A stretch of DNA of 55,054 bases, the filler included, from Sphacelaria rigidula (taxonomy: Eukaryota), in assembly GCA_964200075.2 (NCBI GenBank). It is 6 parts of 6 records of this genome, joined end to end, with 100 filler letters (N's around TTAATTAATTAA, not from the genome) between each part and the next. Parts side by side here need not be neighbours in the genome. Positions count along the whole stretch, not along the records: positions 9,195 to 18,286 come from CAXNAA020009318.1; positions 18,387 to 27,478 come from CAXNAA020009319.1; 4 more parts are not named here. The stretch is one strand, 5' to 3'. The notes under the pieces are model-generated. The model saw only the letters and a program-made list of their open reading frames with translations. It ran no database searches and was not told the origin of the DNA. The translations under genes were made by a program, and so were the position numbers. Below are positions 11,172-23,890 of the stretch, piece after piece; the first letter of the stretch is position 1; each line of letters begins with the position of its first letter.

Positions 11172-11813
11172 CTGCGAAGAACACGGCAGGGCGCAATATA
11201 TGGGCGTGAAGGTGCACGCCGGGAAGCAACCAGAGTCCTTCTTTTACTGCTCTGGGCTAGAATCGATCCGACTCCAGCGAATGTTCTTGTCATATCCAGC
11301 AGAAATGACTCAGGAGAGATTTTACACTCAACGCGGAGCAATGCTTACATATGTCACCAGTGAATGGAGAGGTTTACGTGACTCTGACTCTTGGTTCCCA
11401 AAACGAACCATGTCCGCCTCTCACTCGTCAGCATTTACACGACACAACACGCAGTGTCGTATTCCAGCATTGACTTTTCACAGCAAGACGTGCCCAATAG
11501 ATAAAATGTTGTGTTGTGCTCATCACGCCGTTATTCGTCGGTGTTCAGGATGTGTTCAGGGTGTGTGTCACTCGGACCCTCAAGGGATATGGCTGCAGTC
11601 CTCAAGAACGCTAACAGTAGGTACCCGCGCGCTCTTCATGCGTCCGACAGACATTCTCCGTACAAATCTCCACTACATAAAACAAACGCGCCTAAATTCG
11701 TCCAGTGTTGCCAATAGCTCCCAGATGTCGACGCGAGAAAGTCGGGGATAATCGCGACATGTCTCCAAACTACATCTCCATGGGAGACATTCTTCACTTG
11801 GCGATTGACACAC

Positions 11814-11999
11814 CTGAGGAAGACCGACAGAGTGCCCGGTGTTTGCCTCTCCGCCCAGAATTGCTTCTCCATCAGTCTTTACTTCCTGACTAGCACAGGG
11901 AGGCATTCTATAAAGGCCGGCAGCGAGACGACCAAGTCGGTACCCTGCCTCCTCGAAGTTGCCCTGGAATACCACCGTTACCACCAGACCTATCACAAC
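11814..11999 (-). CDS. Exon of contig 2 gene
   Basis: tag|VVIGLVVTVVFQGNFEEAGYRLGRLAAGLYRMP...GLPQ|gtgtgt; 186 bp, phase 0-0. Confidence 0.7.
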
Positions 12000-12627
12000 C
12001 TATAGCGTTAATGTACAGAAAATTGACGCCGACCGGCGGGAACAAACAGGCGAAATCGTTCGGGGACGGGGAGGGGGGAGGTACTCGTTTGTTGCTTGCC
12101 TTAGCCGATTGACCATTAACCACTGCCGGGAAGGCGGGAGTGGCGGAGAGTGGCATACGCGCGGTGTTTATCGCGTACATTGAGTCGTGCTTGTTGGCAT
12201 CACACAGCAAGGGTTCTTCACCGTGATACAGGCGCAGTGGGGTGAATCCAGTTCTAATCGTTGGGCCTGCCTTGCTGTTGAAAGTCCGGGAGAATCTTTG
12301 ATGCAGGTTGTGGGTAGAGCGTGTCGTGCGCAGGGAGTCACTCAGTAGCTAACAGTACAATTTGTGTCGGGAGCATTTCGACAGATGATGAAGAACCATG
12401 TTCGGCGAAGTACAACCACGAGCATAACGTTCATGTTCAGGATCATGTTTGGACAAGCAAGGTCAGAAAATAGTTGAGACTTGGTAGAGACGTCACTTCT
12501 GAGATGCCGATATCGACTGGAGTAGGGGACTTCCTTTGCACAAGATTGTTGTCCTTTCAGCGTGAAACCCAGCTTTGATTCAGGCATCTGCAGTGGCGAA
12601 CAAACACCACGAGAAGTTCGTGTCACC

Positions 12628-12700
12628 GTCATATCATCATATCACCACATCACCATATCACCATATCATCATATTATCATGTCATCATATCATCATATCA
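12628..12700. repeat. Simple repeat (CATAT/CATCAT/CAC mix)
   Basis: Visible low-complexity tract. Confidence 0.85.
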
Positions 12701-12838
12701 AAAAGCACTGCCCGTAGAAGCGCAGAAAACCAATCCGACCCTGAAGGATGAGTTCGCAGAAATAAAGCTGCCATACGGAGGGATGCGAGGTTTACCGCAA
12801 ACAACCTCCCGCATTTCGGGGCACCCCATCCCTCCTAC

Positions 12839-13074
12839 CTGTGCGGCTGAACGGTGACGAGCTTCACCAGCTTCCGGTCCGGGCGAATTGCTCTCACGGT
12901 TAACACCATCGTAAGGCCCAATGTTGAATTTGTGAGCTCTGCTCTGACCCTCTTGGAGGTCGCAGGTTTCCACGTCCAGAAGGCACGTGCGTGCGCGAGA
13001 GGCAACGAGTAGGCCCCGACGTCGAACCTTCATGTTCGCAGTTTCGGGCGCAGACCAGTCAGGCCGGGGAGGGA
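12839..13074 (-). CDS. Probable exon of contig 2 gene
   Basis: tag acceptor (phase 1) ...LLDVETCDLQEGQSRAHKFNIGPYD...AAQ|gtagga; phase matches the upstream exon. Confidence 0.6.
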
Positions 13075-13249
13075 CTAGTAGCAAATTCGCATCAAGTATC
13101 ATTAGCAAGACGTGACTATAACTGCGGCCTGCGTAGAACTTTCGGCTGTTCATTACACCCGGAATTATGTATACACCTTTCATGCTTATATAATGCGGGA
13201 GACATCACCGGGGGGTAGGAAGGGGGGGGCTTTAAGGCAGACAAGAAAC

Positions 13250-13362
13250 GTATCAGAGTCCTCTTGAGATCTATACGTGCTCTCATGTCAGTTTCGTTCC
13301 TTTCACGCAGGTGAAATGCTTCTCTCTCGTCGAAATTCTCCAACAGCGCGCCGTCGTGTTTA
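13250..13362 (-). CDS. Probable exon of contig 2 gene
   Basis: cag acceptor phase 2, KHDGALLENFDEREAFHLRERNETDMRA...; the donor at 13250 or 13277 is phase 1 either way. Confidence 0.55.
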
Positions 13363-13423
13363 CTGCGTTCCTTTATCTCAAATAGAAAAAAAGCAAAAAA
13401 AATGTATCCTCAAGCTCGCATAC

Positions 13424-13709
13424 CCCCGGACGGAAGGTACCTCCATGCGTAGGGTGCGGACAATGATCACCTCTCCAGGATCGAACTCCCCCACCCGATC
13501 CATACCCGACGCTACCATATTGCTCTCGCTGACCGTAGACAGCCACTCTGCAACAGGTGAGCACCCCTCGCCCGTGAGAATTTTCAAGGGTTCGAAGATA
13601 GATCGTGCAGGATGATGGCCACCAGCTCCAACTGTGCGCATGTCGCCTTCGCTCCGGGGGGCACTGACTTCAGAGTACAGTGACAGAGTGTCAGACGTGT
13701 TTCCTGTCC
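13424..13709 (-). CDS. Exon of contig 2 gene
   Basis: ttgttag acceptor, phase 1 matching the donor at 14062; GTGNTSDTLSLYSEV...MEVPSVRG|gtatgc. Confidence 0.65.
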
Positions 13710-14062
13710 CTAACAACAAAACCGCAATGCGGAGATTTGAACACGTAACGGAGACCGTCGTAGTGGCTGATGAGTGGAATTTCGAACGGAAAGGAACCAC
13801 TCATTTTTCTTCACGAGCTCTGGCGGGTTACGTGATTGCTGCGCTCTCGAGGCACTCAAGCTCTGACAATAGATGAAATACGAACAGTAAATATTCGATC
13901 GAGAGCGCCCGAAAACCTGTTTGGTTAAAAAAACTCGACATGATCGAACGAAGCTGGAGACCGCCGATACCGCCCTGATGAAAAACAGCAAACAGACCTT
14001 CGCTACATTGATCACACGGAGCCGGAAATGGCATGGCAAGGACGTCGAACACACCGACACAC

Positions 14063-16389
14063 CTTTCCTGGCATCAAGGCAGAAGCTTGCCGGATGAACT
14101 CGCTCTTCGACCCTGTCCATGTTCATCCCCGTGGACCAGAGCACCTTCTCTTGAGATCCGGCGCCTAGCGAGGCAGGATGAATCACTTCCCAGGAGCCGA
14201 ACGTCATAGTTGGAACCCAGTCACTCTTTTTGGCTTGATCTCTCACGTCTTGTTCTTCTCCTATAGCTTCCCCCACAGCATATGTCTTCTCTTCTTCCGG
14301 TAACGCATCATGCTGGTCGCCGGTTGCTAGCCTGTTGCCACCACCGACACCACGAGCGCTTCCGCAATCAACGCAATCCACAGAAGGCGATAGAGATTGC
14401 GTCTCTATCGAACCAACGATCGGTACGTCTGTACCCGGTCTCGTTGTTCGAGGATTCGTCGCTATGTGGCCCCTGCACTCGCCACTACCGCGGGAGTTAC
14501 ACGGCATTACTTCCTCCGCTTCACCGCTTGATTCTGCTCCTGATAACCTACGAGATGTCTCCCTGGAAGTATCGACTTCTTTGAGTAAATCTTTCCCGCC
14601 AGCAGTTGATGAGCGCGCCTCCAATCCTTTGGACACACCCGCTACTACGGTGGACGGAACGGCGGAGCGGGTGACCGAGTCAGCGGCCTGAAACAACGCT
14701 TTCATTGCAACGTGCTGATTAAGGTTCCGTAAGACCCTATTCTCCCCGCGACCAAGACGCAGGGTGGCCTCTTGCAGCATCGCCAAGGATCTCGTCATGT
14801 CCCTCCCGATCGGAGTGTCCTCTTCCCGAACGAGAAATCGAGTCAAGGCGCGCACCGCGACCTCACGTAGATGACACGACGCAGATGCCGGGCCAGAAGC
14901 TACTGCTTCTTCATCGCTGGGCTCAGCGTCAGTACGCTCGGCTACACTCGTGGCTGGTGAACGGTCAGACTCCTCTTTCATGGACGCAATGTTCCCGTCC
15001 GTGCCATCCTTGATCATGTTCGGTTCGTGCTTCTTCCCCGGGTTATGCCCAGTAGAGTCTCCGTTCCTCGTTAACCATTCACTCCCCCCATTACCGGTGC
15101 GCGCACCGTCGCCGGCTCCTGAACTCGCCAACGGTGACAGCGCTTGTGTGATTGGTTTATCCATAGTCAACGTTCCGTCTTCCCCGTAGAGCTTGTTAGT
15201 ATATCCATCATCTCCTTCTCTTCCCAAGCTTTGCGTGCTTCCGTGAGTCTCGATCCCTTCATAACCCAACACTATCGCCGCAATCCGGCTCAGCTCGTCT
15301 CCTCCATCTCCGAACGCCTCCGCAACTTGTGTCGCCATCACATCTCGTCTCTGCGCAGCCTCGACTTCGGTTTCCTCCTCAAATTCAGTTGGTGAGTCTT
15401 CACTCCTCACCCCGACGCCGGCAGGATGCACAAGATCGCCAAAACTCTTGACGCTTGGTTTCGTCTGTCCCCTGGATTGTTCAAGGCGCCATTCGTTGCG
15501 TGAATCTTCTTTTGCATCGGCTTCTCGGTGTATCTCTTCATCCAGATCCCCCGCAACCTCATCACTGTCATCGTAAAACTCCGGCCTCAGTTTCGTGTCC
15601 AGGAGAAGCCACACGGTTTCATCAGGGTTTCTCTCCACAGCAGTCTTCAGCTGCGCCTGAGCTCTGCGTCGCATGTAGGCCAGTGTGCGAGGGGCGGCAC
15701 GAGAGCTCTCACCTCCCGACCCCGCCGATGTGGTTTGTTTGGGGTGTGACGAATTATTGCCGCTCCCGGCAGGCGTCTCTCCTTCCGTGGCAACCCCGGC
15801 AGCTGCGTGAGTCGTCGACGACATTCGACTCTCTGAGTCACCGTCTTCAATAGCAATGGCGCAAAAATCTTGGCTACTTCGATCCAGCTGCAAGAAGTGA
15901 TCAGGGTCGACGCCCAGAGTGTACCGACCCAGCAGTTCGTGTGCGGCGACCTCATCTGGGGTGTGCAGGAGGGCAAGCGCGAGGTGCGCTTGCACGGGCA
16001 AAGACAACACACGCAAGATATCCTCCCGATCCAACCGGGTGTAGTACAACACGTCCCACTTCATCTCTTCAGCTTCGGCGACCGTGACGTGGTGATATAG
16101 CGACGGGTTCACGACCGCATCTAGCGCCACCCACCGTTTCTCGTCGGCGTTTCTATGGCGGTGGTGCATATTCCGTATGCGCACAGCTGTGGGAGGTAAA
16201 GCGCGAGTGCCCCCACGTTTTCTGCCACGTTTTGCACGCGAGATGTCGCTTGCTGCGGAAGCGCCGGTTAGGGCCCAGCGCGCGGTGTCATCGATGCCTA
16301 GAATTTTGTTCTCCACCTCCTGTTGTTCTGCGGCTGCCGCTTGTACTTTGCGCGTGAACAATTCGTCCTCGACTGCCGCCCTCAGAAGA
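14063..16389 (-). CDS. Large (~2.3 kb) exon of uncharacterised protein (contig 2 gene)
   Basis: Core of the 930-aa ORF. Bounded by tttag acceptor (16390) and AAAG|gtgtgt donor (14062). Structured islands (WVALDAVVNPSLY, WLLLDTKLRPEFY, FGSWEVIHPASLG) lie within acidic, low-complexity sequence. Confidence 0.85.
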
Positions 16390-18286
16390 CTAAACACCGC
16401 ACCTACGCAAACGATGCGAGGTGCGTACCGCTCGTAGTGAGGACATTGAGTGCAGCAGCCACTGGGACGGGGGCGGGAGTGTCCGGGGAAAACATGACTC
16501 ATTGTACTTCTTGGTAGATAGTTGAATCTGAAATAGGTAACATGGTGAGAGAGTAGCGCCGGAATGTCTCAATTCTGCAGCGCTGTGTGCTGAGAGTTCC
16601 TGCTTTGAAGCGCGGTCTCCAGACAGCTAAGTTGCAGCCTGCTTTCACGAAATTTCTTCCTTTCTTATTGTAAAACCTCTTATCCCAAGCCCTAGATGGG
16701 GCGCGTCGAGTGTTTTGTGGAAAGAATCACTCCCTGTTAGCTTCGTGCCTATGTCAGTGTATTCTATGGTTCCCTCCTCACTTGTTACTCGTTACTTTTT
16801 GTTCTGTCCCTTTCTCGAGGTTCCTTGAGCGATCAATTCCGGTCTTTAGCTTTACCTTGAGTACGTCATTCGATCAACCAATGTCGTGAGATCTCTCACG
16901 AAGAAGGCAAGCCGGTTATAGCCGTGTATGGGTACATAGCGGACATAGCGGTTACGACGTTGTCTAGGACTTGCGACATCTCACGTCTTCCGTGTGAGGT
17001 TCTGCGCCTGACTTTAGCGGCCCGAGGAAATCAGGCGGCCTGGCATCACAGGAAATAGTCATACTTCCCAAATAACCGACACACCGAAACAAGTGAAAAG
17101 ATGAGGCACACCAAGACGACCCTTTTGTATTCGTGTACCTTTGATACTCACGTACCTTTGATATTCGTGTGCTTGGTTCCTAACGAGATCATATCCACAC
17201 AACACTTTCTGTGTACATCAGTTTGAGCACAAACTGGTGAAGAACATGCTGTGCATTTTGAGGAACCCTACAGTATACTATCGCACCCCTCCCCCCGTTT
17301 GAGATGGGGGTATCCATTTGGATCGTCCATCTTGGGATTTAAGCCCCCAGTGGGATGCCGTCTGGATTTGGGATCTCTCATATTAAATTCCATCGGAAAC
17401 GTGGACATATATATGGCGCATCCATCCAGGACATGGATATTTACTAGCGATTTACGTGTGAAGCATGAGTGTTCATCTGAGACACCCAAGCGGCACGTCC
17501 ATGTGGGGAAATACACAACCATCTGAGACTTCCATGCGTGACGTCCATCCGGGACATGGATATATGCCTGCGATACCCATCTCAACATGGAATGTACCAG
17601 ATGGACTATCATCGGAGACATGGATGTCCACCTGGAACACCCCACCTGGCGATGACGATGTTAGTTTGCATTGGCAGCGAGTTTTCGTGGATGCAGGTTC
17701 ACGCTAGTAACCCCGTCAAACCCACGGCACCCCCAACCGCAACCCCAAGGGTCCCACATGACTCCGTGTTGGAGATGCCACATGGATATGACACATTAAT
17801 TGCGCGGGTTCCCGATAGATATCTGTGGTGAATATCTCAGTGGGATATTCATCTGGATCGGGAATATTCGAGAGGAGTGTCTCAGACCGTTGTCCGCGTC
17901 CCAGATACAATACTCGCCGTTGAAGCAGAGAATTCACCCAATCGAAGCATTTTTGCATATTCTTCTTCATGTTCAACCCAAAGGCCTACGAGCTAGGCCA
18001 GCCTAGAGGCGGATTTGAAGTTTGCAGGCATAATTAACAAAAAAGAGTGGGTCAGGTTGATTTTTTTCGTTTTTCTTCACTGGTTTAGGACGTTCTACTA
18101 TGATAAAGACCATTTTTTCACGAAAACGCCCTAACCTCTATGAAAGAAAAAAAATGAAGGCCCACTTTTTTTTATTCGGCACTCTTTTGTGGTTGTCCAC
18201 GCCAAAATTTGTCGCCATCCGCTAAATGCATCGATCGGGAGTTTCATAGAGATTTTAGTATTGGCGCTATCTCCCTTAGGTGTAGG

Positions 18287-18386
18287 NNNNNNNNNNNNNN
18301 NNNNNNNNNNNNNNNNNNNNNNNNNNNNNNTTAATTAATTAANNNNNNNNNNNNNNNNNNNNNNNNNNNNNNNNNNNNNNNNNNNN
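18287..18386. other. Artificial contig spacer
   Basis: 44N-TTAATTAATTAA-44N. Confidence 0.99.
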
Positions 18387-21300
18387 TTAAAAGACCACGG
18401 CGGATTTCAGGTTTTTGCCGTGTCTGTGGTTCACCCTGTTCCCTTTCCTTCTTTTCACGCCCCCCCCCCCCCCCCCCTCCAGCGGTCGTAGGATTTTTTT
18501 CTTCTTCACAGTAAGAAACACTAAAAACTAGCCATTTTCGGGCGACTTGGGTAAGATAGCACCCATGACTGTTGGCCCTTTATTCCATAACGTTGGACGC
18601 AAATTGGCGGTGCAGATAGATGCGTTAAGCTCGATTGAGCAAGCATCGCAGATTATTGCGCCCATCTTATTTACTCGCATCGCCCGATAACACCAACCCA
18701 CACTGACTTGGGCACTGTGTATCAAGGATGATCTATTTATTTCACCCCAATCTACCGGCGCTGACAATTTCGAGGTCTATCGAAGAGTACTACACGAGAA
18801 AAAACGTGGGACACTCCGCATTACTTTGACCGCCTAGTTGTTTATGCAACATTTGAGCATGGAGTAGAGGAAGGGGGGCATGACGACAAAGCCTGGCCGA
18901 AGCATTTCAGTTGAGGACTGGGGTCTGTTCGCCGTCACTGGTTACAATGTGAAGTAGGTCTGCTGTCGCGCCGAAATGTCGCAGACGATGAATGAGCAAC
19001 AAATATGGGCAACGTGTCGTCGTTACGGGTCAGTCCAACAGGGGAAGTGTGCACGACAACGGGAGGGGGCGTCTGATGGGAATCCAATGTGTGCGCTTCG
19101 CAGGTGACAGCAGTGACTCGGGGGGTCTGAATCGGCGCGCAACGGGCAGGCGATCAGGCGAAGAGGGATCGGACTCAGGTGCAGGGCATGTGCCGCAAGT
19201 ACGGTCGGTTGGCATGCGGGTTACATGGCGAGGGTGTGCGGCTATACGGGTGTGCAACACAAACGGTTGTTACCGATATAGGCTGCCTCTTCGATTGGGG
19301 CCCACAACGTTTTCGTGAGATTGAGAGTAGAGCGCGGATTGAAATTGGCTTTAATCATTCGCTTTAACCTAGCCAATCTTTCATTCATGTATGCTCTTAT
19401 TTGCCTCCATCACCGCCGTGTGCTTATAGCGACATGTCGATATCCTACTCGGGGATATCGACCGAGTCAGTGGCTAGCAACGGCAGACAGAATATCCGGC
19501 CTCGTGGAGGGCCATTTGGGAACTGAAACGATCCATTCACTGACTGCCTTTCACTCACAATCGTATACAGATTTCCGTCGGCGACCGATAACACTGTATA
19601 TTGCCGCTGACGTGGGCTTCATCGCCAGCCAACCCCTGCTCCCAATGTCCTCACCATGTTGTTGTAATCAGGTGGTAGCGCGGCAGAGAGTGAGGAGGAG
19701 TCGGATGCGGAGAGCTTGCCGGAGCCCGGCGATTGATGAGCGGACAGGAGCGCCCGCTTGCAGCGGCGTGGTGAGTACTCAATGATTTCTGCTTTTAGTA
19801 ACATGTACACGGGGTTAGAATGGAACGAACGTGCATGCTGGGAGCAAGACGGCGCAGAGCATCCCGCGGTGAACGACACGCCGTGTCCGTATCACCCGGC
19901 AAAGAGTTATCGAGGATGGCGTGCTGTGCCCCGCCTGCTGCTTGGATTACCTGTCGCCCGCAGGACTCCCGGATGCTGACGAAGCATTCATTATTTTTTA
20001 TGCAATAAAGAAAATCATCGTGGAATGACTAGCAGTAGTACCACTTTTGTTCGCGTTATCACCACTAGTAGTAAGTCGTTAATTCACGGAGTCAGATACA
20101 CTTGAAAATGAAAACACACGAGCCAAAAGTCAAATGAGGATGAGGATGAACATGATGCAGAGGGAGGCGCCCCCCCACACACACACACACACGCACACAC
20201 ACACGGTAATCTCTGTGACGTAACACACATACTAGCACGTGATATTTGTCCGATAAAGTGTTCCGGAAGATAAGGAACTAGTATCATTACTGGCATAACT
20301 GTCGGGCAAGGGTGTGGGAGGCGTGCGAAAGTCACGAAAAGTTTTTGGCAGGACGTGGACACCGCACGGCAGGTCGTACCCGCAGCCGCGTCTGTTATCA
20401 ACGGCGTACCCAATCCCCTCGTAACGGTACGGGACGCTTACAGAACTGTTGCAATTGTGGGATGAGGCGATGAAATCGTTGCAGAATTTGCAGAACTGTC
20501 GGGTACCAGTATGAATTTGTTGGGTATGGTAAATGATTGCTTGGTTGAGGTCATTGACGCACTTGGACAGACCCGCCAGTCATTCGGCGGTGGTGGCCTG
20601 ATGGACGCGCCCAAGACACAACAGAAGTCAACACCGCCCCTGAAAACGGTTACAAACAGCGAGCGATTATAAGAGAGCAATATAAGAGACGAAGACGCGC
20701 ACATTATAGTGACAGAAAAGGGAAAAACTGAAAGGTAGTACATACCCGGGCAAATGCGTCGGGTACACAGAAAATCGTACCCCACACAACACCACCTCGG
20801 AAAAGTGCACGGCGACGACAGGAGGCGCGCGCGCGAGTCATGGACGATCGCCGCAGATGAGAGTATTTACAAACGTTCCCGGCAGGAGTGAACGTTGCGA
20901 GTGACATCCAACTTGATGCTGAAATATCACCGGATTGAGGATGTCACACCACTGTCGTGCGCTCTTGTTACTGGGACTGGCGCAGGTATTCACGTCGGAC
21001 AGGTCTGACGTTTTACTGGTGGTCCATGGCACGAAGGGCGCCGCAGGACGGCAGGGCGTGACGGTTGACGGCAGGAAGTGCGGCCGTAGGGACGGGGCCG
21101 ATGAAGTAGAGGCATTTGTGTGGGTGCGTAGGCGGGTAGAGGCGAGGATATTCATTTAGCGCAAAGGCGCCGCGGTGCAGGGGCGTCGTCAGTATTGTTG
21201 GCGCGATGCTGTACGGTAACACTCATTCCAGGTAGTACTACTCATCGAGCGGTGCGATGCATTGAGGGTTACGGCGGCAGGTTTTCACGGCACGCACTGG

Positions 21301-21832
21301 TGGGGAGATGGGCGCGAGGGATGGCGGGGCATGCAAAACCTCTGTCGCGTTCCGGGATATGCATGCTCATGCGGCGTGCATGGCTCGCGACCGCCAAGCG
21401 ATGGCGTGCGCACCGACAATCCGCTGTATTTATGTCTCCTTTTTATTCTCGTTGTATGGACACCAATTTTATTCCACTTTATTCTCTGATTTTGTATAGC
21501 ATCTGCGTAATTTGTTCTTTGTTTATTTATTATACGAGTATTTATTGAAAAAAAATTCCCTCATGTTTGGGTTCTTTGTCTTTCACCACGGGAAGCGTCC
21601 GCGTGATATGTCCGGTACAGAGCAATGCCCTGATGTCGGTGCGGTTTAAACTGTGAAGAGAAGAAAAGCAACAAGTACAACGACAATTTGGGCACATGGA
21701 CCGTGCTTTACTAACAATCCACATCCCCGCGACTATAGAAAGACCCATCAACATGCTGATTCCCACAAGTACTGGGTCCCAACTACTGGGGGGTCATGAA
21801 AATGCGAGACGCGAACGTTCCCTCCGGGAGCA

Positions 21833-22075
21833 ATGCCACGGTAGGGGTGCACTTCTCACGCAAAATCTTGTCCGGTTCAGGGGCTTTGACCGATTGTACA
21901 TGCAGAAGGATATGGGTCAGGGCATCCCCGGTTGCAATTTCATGCGGGATATTCCTAGCACACTGAGAAATAATCCTGGCGTACTCTCACATATTTCATC
22001 AATCGTGTTTTGGATAAGACAAAGGGGTCCTGACAGTTCTAACCTCATGAACAAAAAATGTGAACCCCTACCGTA
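21833..22075. mobile_element. MITE, second copy of the 8124-8370 family
   Basis: CGGTAGGGGTGCACTT ... GGTCAGGGCATCCCCG ... TAATCCTGGCGTACTCTC ... CCCTACCGTA, colinear with the 8124 copy. Confidence 0.85.
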
Positions 22076-23767
22076 CTGTATTTATGCTGCGATGCGAAGC
22101 GATGCCGAAGTCCCCACGAAAATGCCGCCGGTACCTCGACTGTACTTTTCGCCATCACATAGCGCCGGGGGTATGATATTTCTGCACAGCCCACCGCCGC
22201 CGGAATAAACGGCTAAAAGACTCGTGCGCCGTCTTTGCTTCAAATTTCCTGTAACAGTCTATTGCACTGCACAGTACTGTCACCGCACATGACGCCGCCA
22301 CGGGCTTCGGCATCTTACGCAACGTCTATGCGATAGATGTCGATCACAACCACCTTAATCGCGGAAGACACCGTCCAGGGTGCTGCAGGGACCGCACCAG
22401 CAGTACGGGTGGGCATTATTGCCGCCAGATATTTTCTCAGTGCCCACGCTTCCTGTTTATCCCCGCGGCATTCCGCAGTGTGCCCCCCCCTGGCATTTTC
22501 TCGGAACAGGTGTAGTGCATACAGTATGGAAAATGTGGTCGTGATACAAACGGCGTGCGATACTGTATGCAGTACACCTGTCGCGACAGGTTGTTGTCGA
22601 ACTGGCAGAAATTGTATACTAAAAGGAAATGAAAACCGCGTGAAGTCCGCAAAACGCTGCTGGCGTGCCTGTCACGCAAAGGTCAATATCTTCACGTGGA
22701 GCCATGATGTGGCAGAGGATCCGGTTGATTGTGGCAGAAGAAAACTGCAACAACCTCCCGTATCATTCTCGCGCCACCGTGATGATGACTCACGCAAGTC
22801 TGGCACTCTAGGATAAGAGACCTTGCCCGCTGCCGGTGCAGGTTCGCAGTGCGCCTCGGCTGCGCACGCCCTCCTCTTTGGCTACTGTGCGCGGCCCCAT
22901 CTTGCTCGACACGGCGCCTAAACCCCAAAGGCATCAACCTCTAACATATAGAGAACCTTTACTGATGAATATTTCTCGTGTTGGTGCCCGCCTCGACCGA
23001 CAGGGGGCCGATGTAAACAACAAGGCTGGCAAGATATGCCCCTCGCTCCGCACGGGTTTGATATCATTACCCTATAGAACTGTCATTAGAAAGTGTTCCA
23101 CTTCTCGGAACAGGTTCAGCATCGTGCAAAATCATTGTTTCAGGTCACGCTGCGCTTAAAACGCATTGGATCGCCGCAACTACCGCGCCGACACATAGCT
23201 TTGGCATCAATCCACACACAGATCGACTTTCAGCTTCATCAGACGCCAGTTGTGCCGTGTTGGGGCGCCAATTCTCCAAAAACACCGCCTCCATAATATT
23301 GAAAAGGAATTACACTGGAAGTGCCTCATACTGGCGACATTGGGTAGAACGAACCCAAGCGTGGGAATTTCCAGCTACTCGTTGTGCTTGGCTTTTCCTA
23401 TTTCGATTTATGTGAAGATTATGCCTCTCAAAAACATGAACTTTGGGGGAGGGGGGGCTACCGTAGAGAGTGTCAAGTGTGCCGTGGTGGTGGCAGGTTG
23501 GTGGATGCTGTATGTCCGTACAGATTACGAAATGACGACGGCTACTCGTGGAGAAGGCGTTTCTGCGTTCTAACGTCTGGGTCCTCGGAGGTGGGGGGAA
23601 CCAAGGTCGGGAGAACCAAAAGGTTCTGAATTCTGAACCATGTTCTCGAGGGTCGGACGGAAAATTGACATTTTGCCGTGTTGCTGATGATCAGAGCTGC
23701 ACCATCTTGCAAACGCTAGCTCCTCTAAATACTCTCACCATCTAAACGTCTATTGTTTCCGAGGAAT

Positions 23768-23890
23768 ATGACACAATCAGCTGAGCTTCGGCTAGCAGAC
23801 CACTTCCCTCGAGTACACAAGAAGTGCAAGGGGCCTGCAGACAAGTTTTTCGAGTGCTTCTCGGAGAAAGGCGACCAACCCAAGGAAGGG
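23768..23890 (+). CDS. Probable first exon of a small Cx9C-motif (CHCH-like) protein
   Basis: ATG..MTQSAELRLADHFPRVHKKCKGPADKFFECFSEKGDQPKEG|gtgagc. C-x9-C with FF before the second Cys and a strong donor. The second Cx9C exon was not located. Confidence 0.5.

Noticed and set aside
13710..16502. 930-aa ORF as a complete single-exon protein
   Set aside because: Both ends read into intron-like sequence; splice signals and phase support an internal exon at 14063-16389.
17270..18005. CATGGA/CCATC-rich stretch as a defined mobile element
   Set aside because: It looks repetitive, but there is no second copy, TIR or coding motif in the window to support a call.
18988..19980. Cys-containing short ORFs as a viral-type or zinc-finger repeat gene
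   Set aside because: No consistent Cys/His spacing or phase-compatible exon chain could be built.
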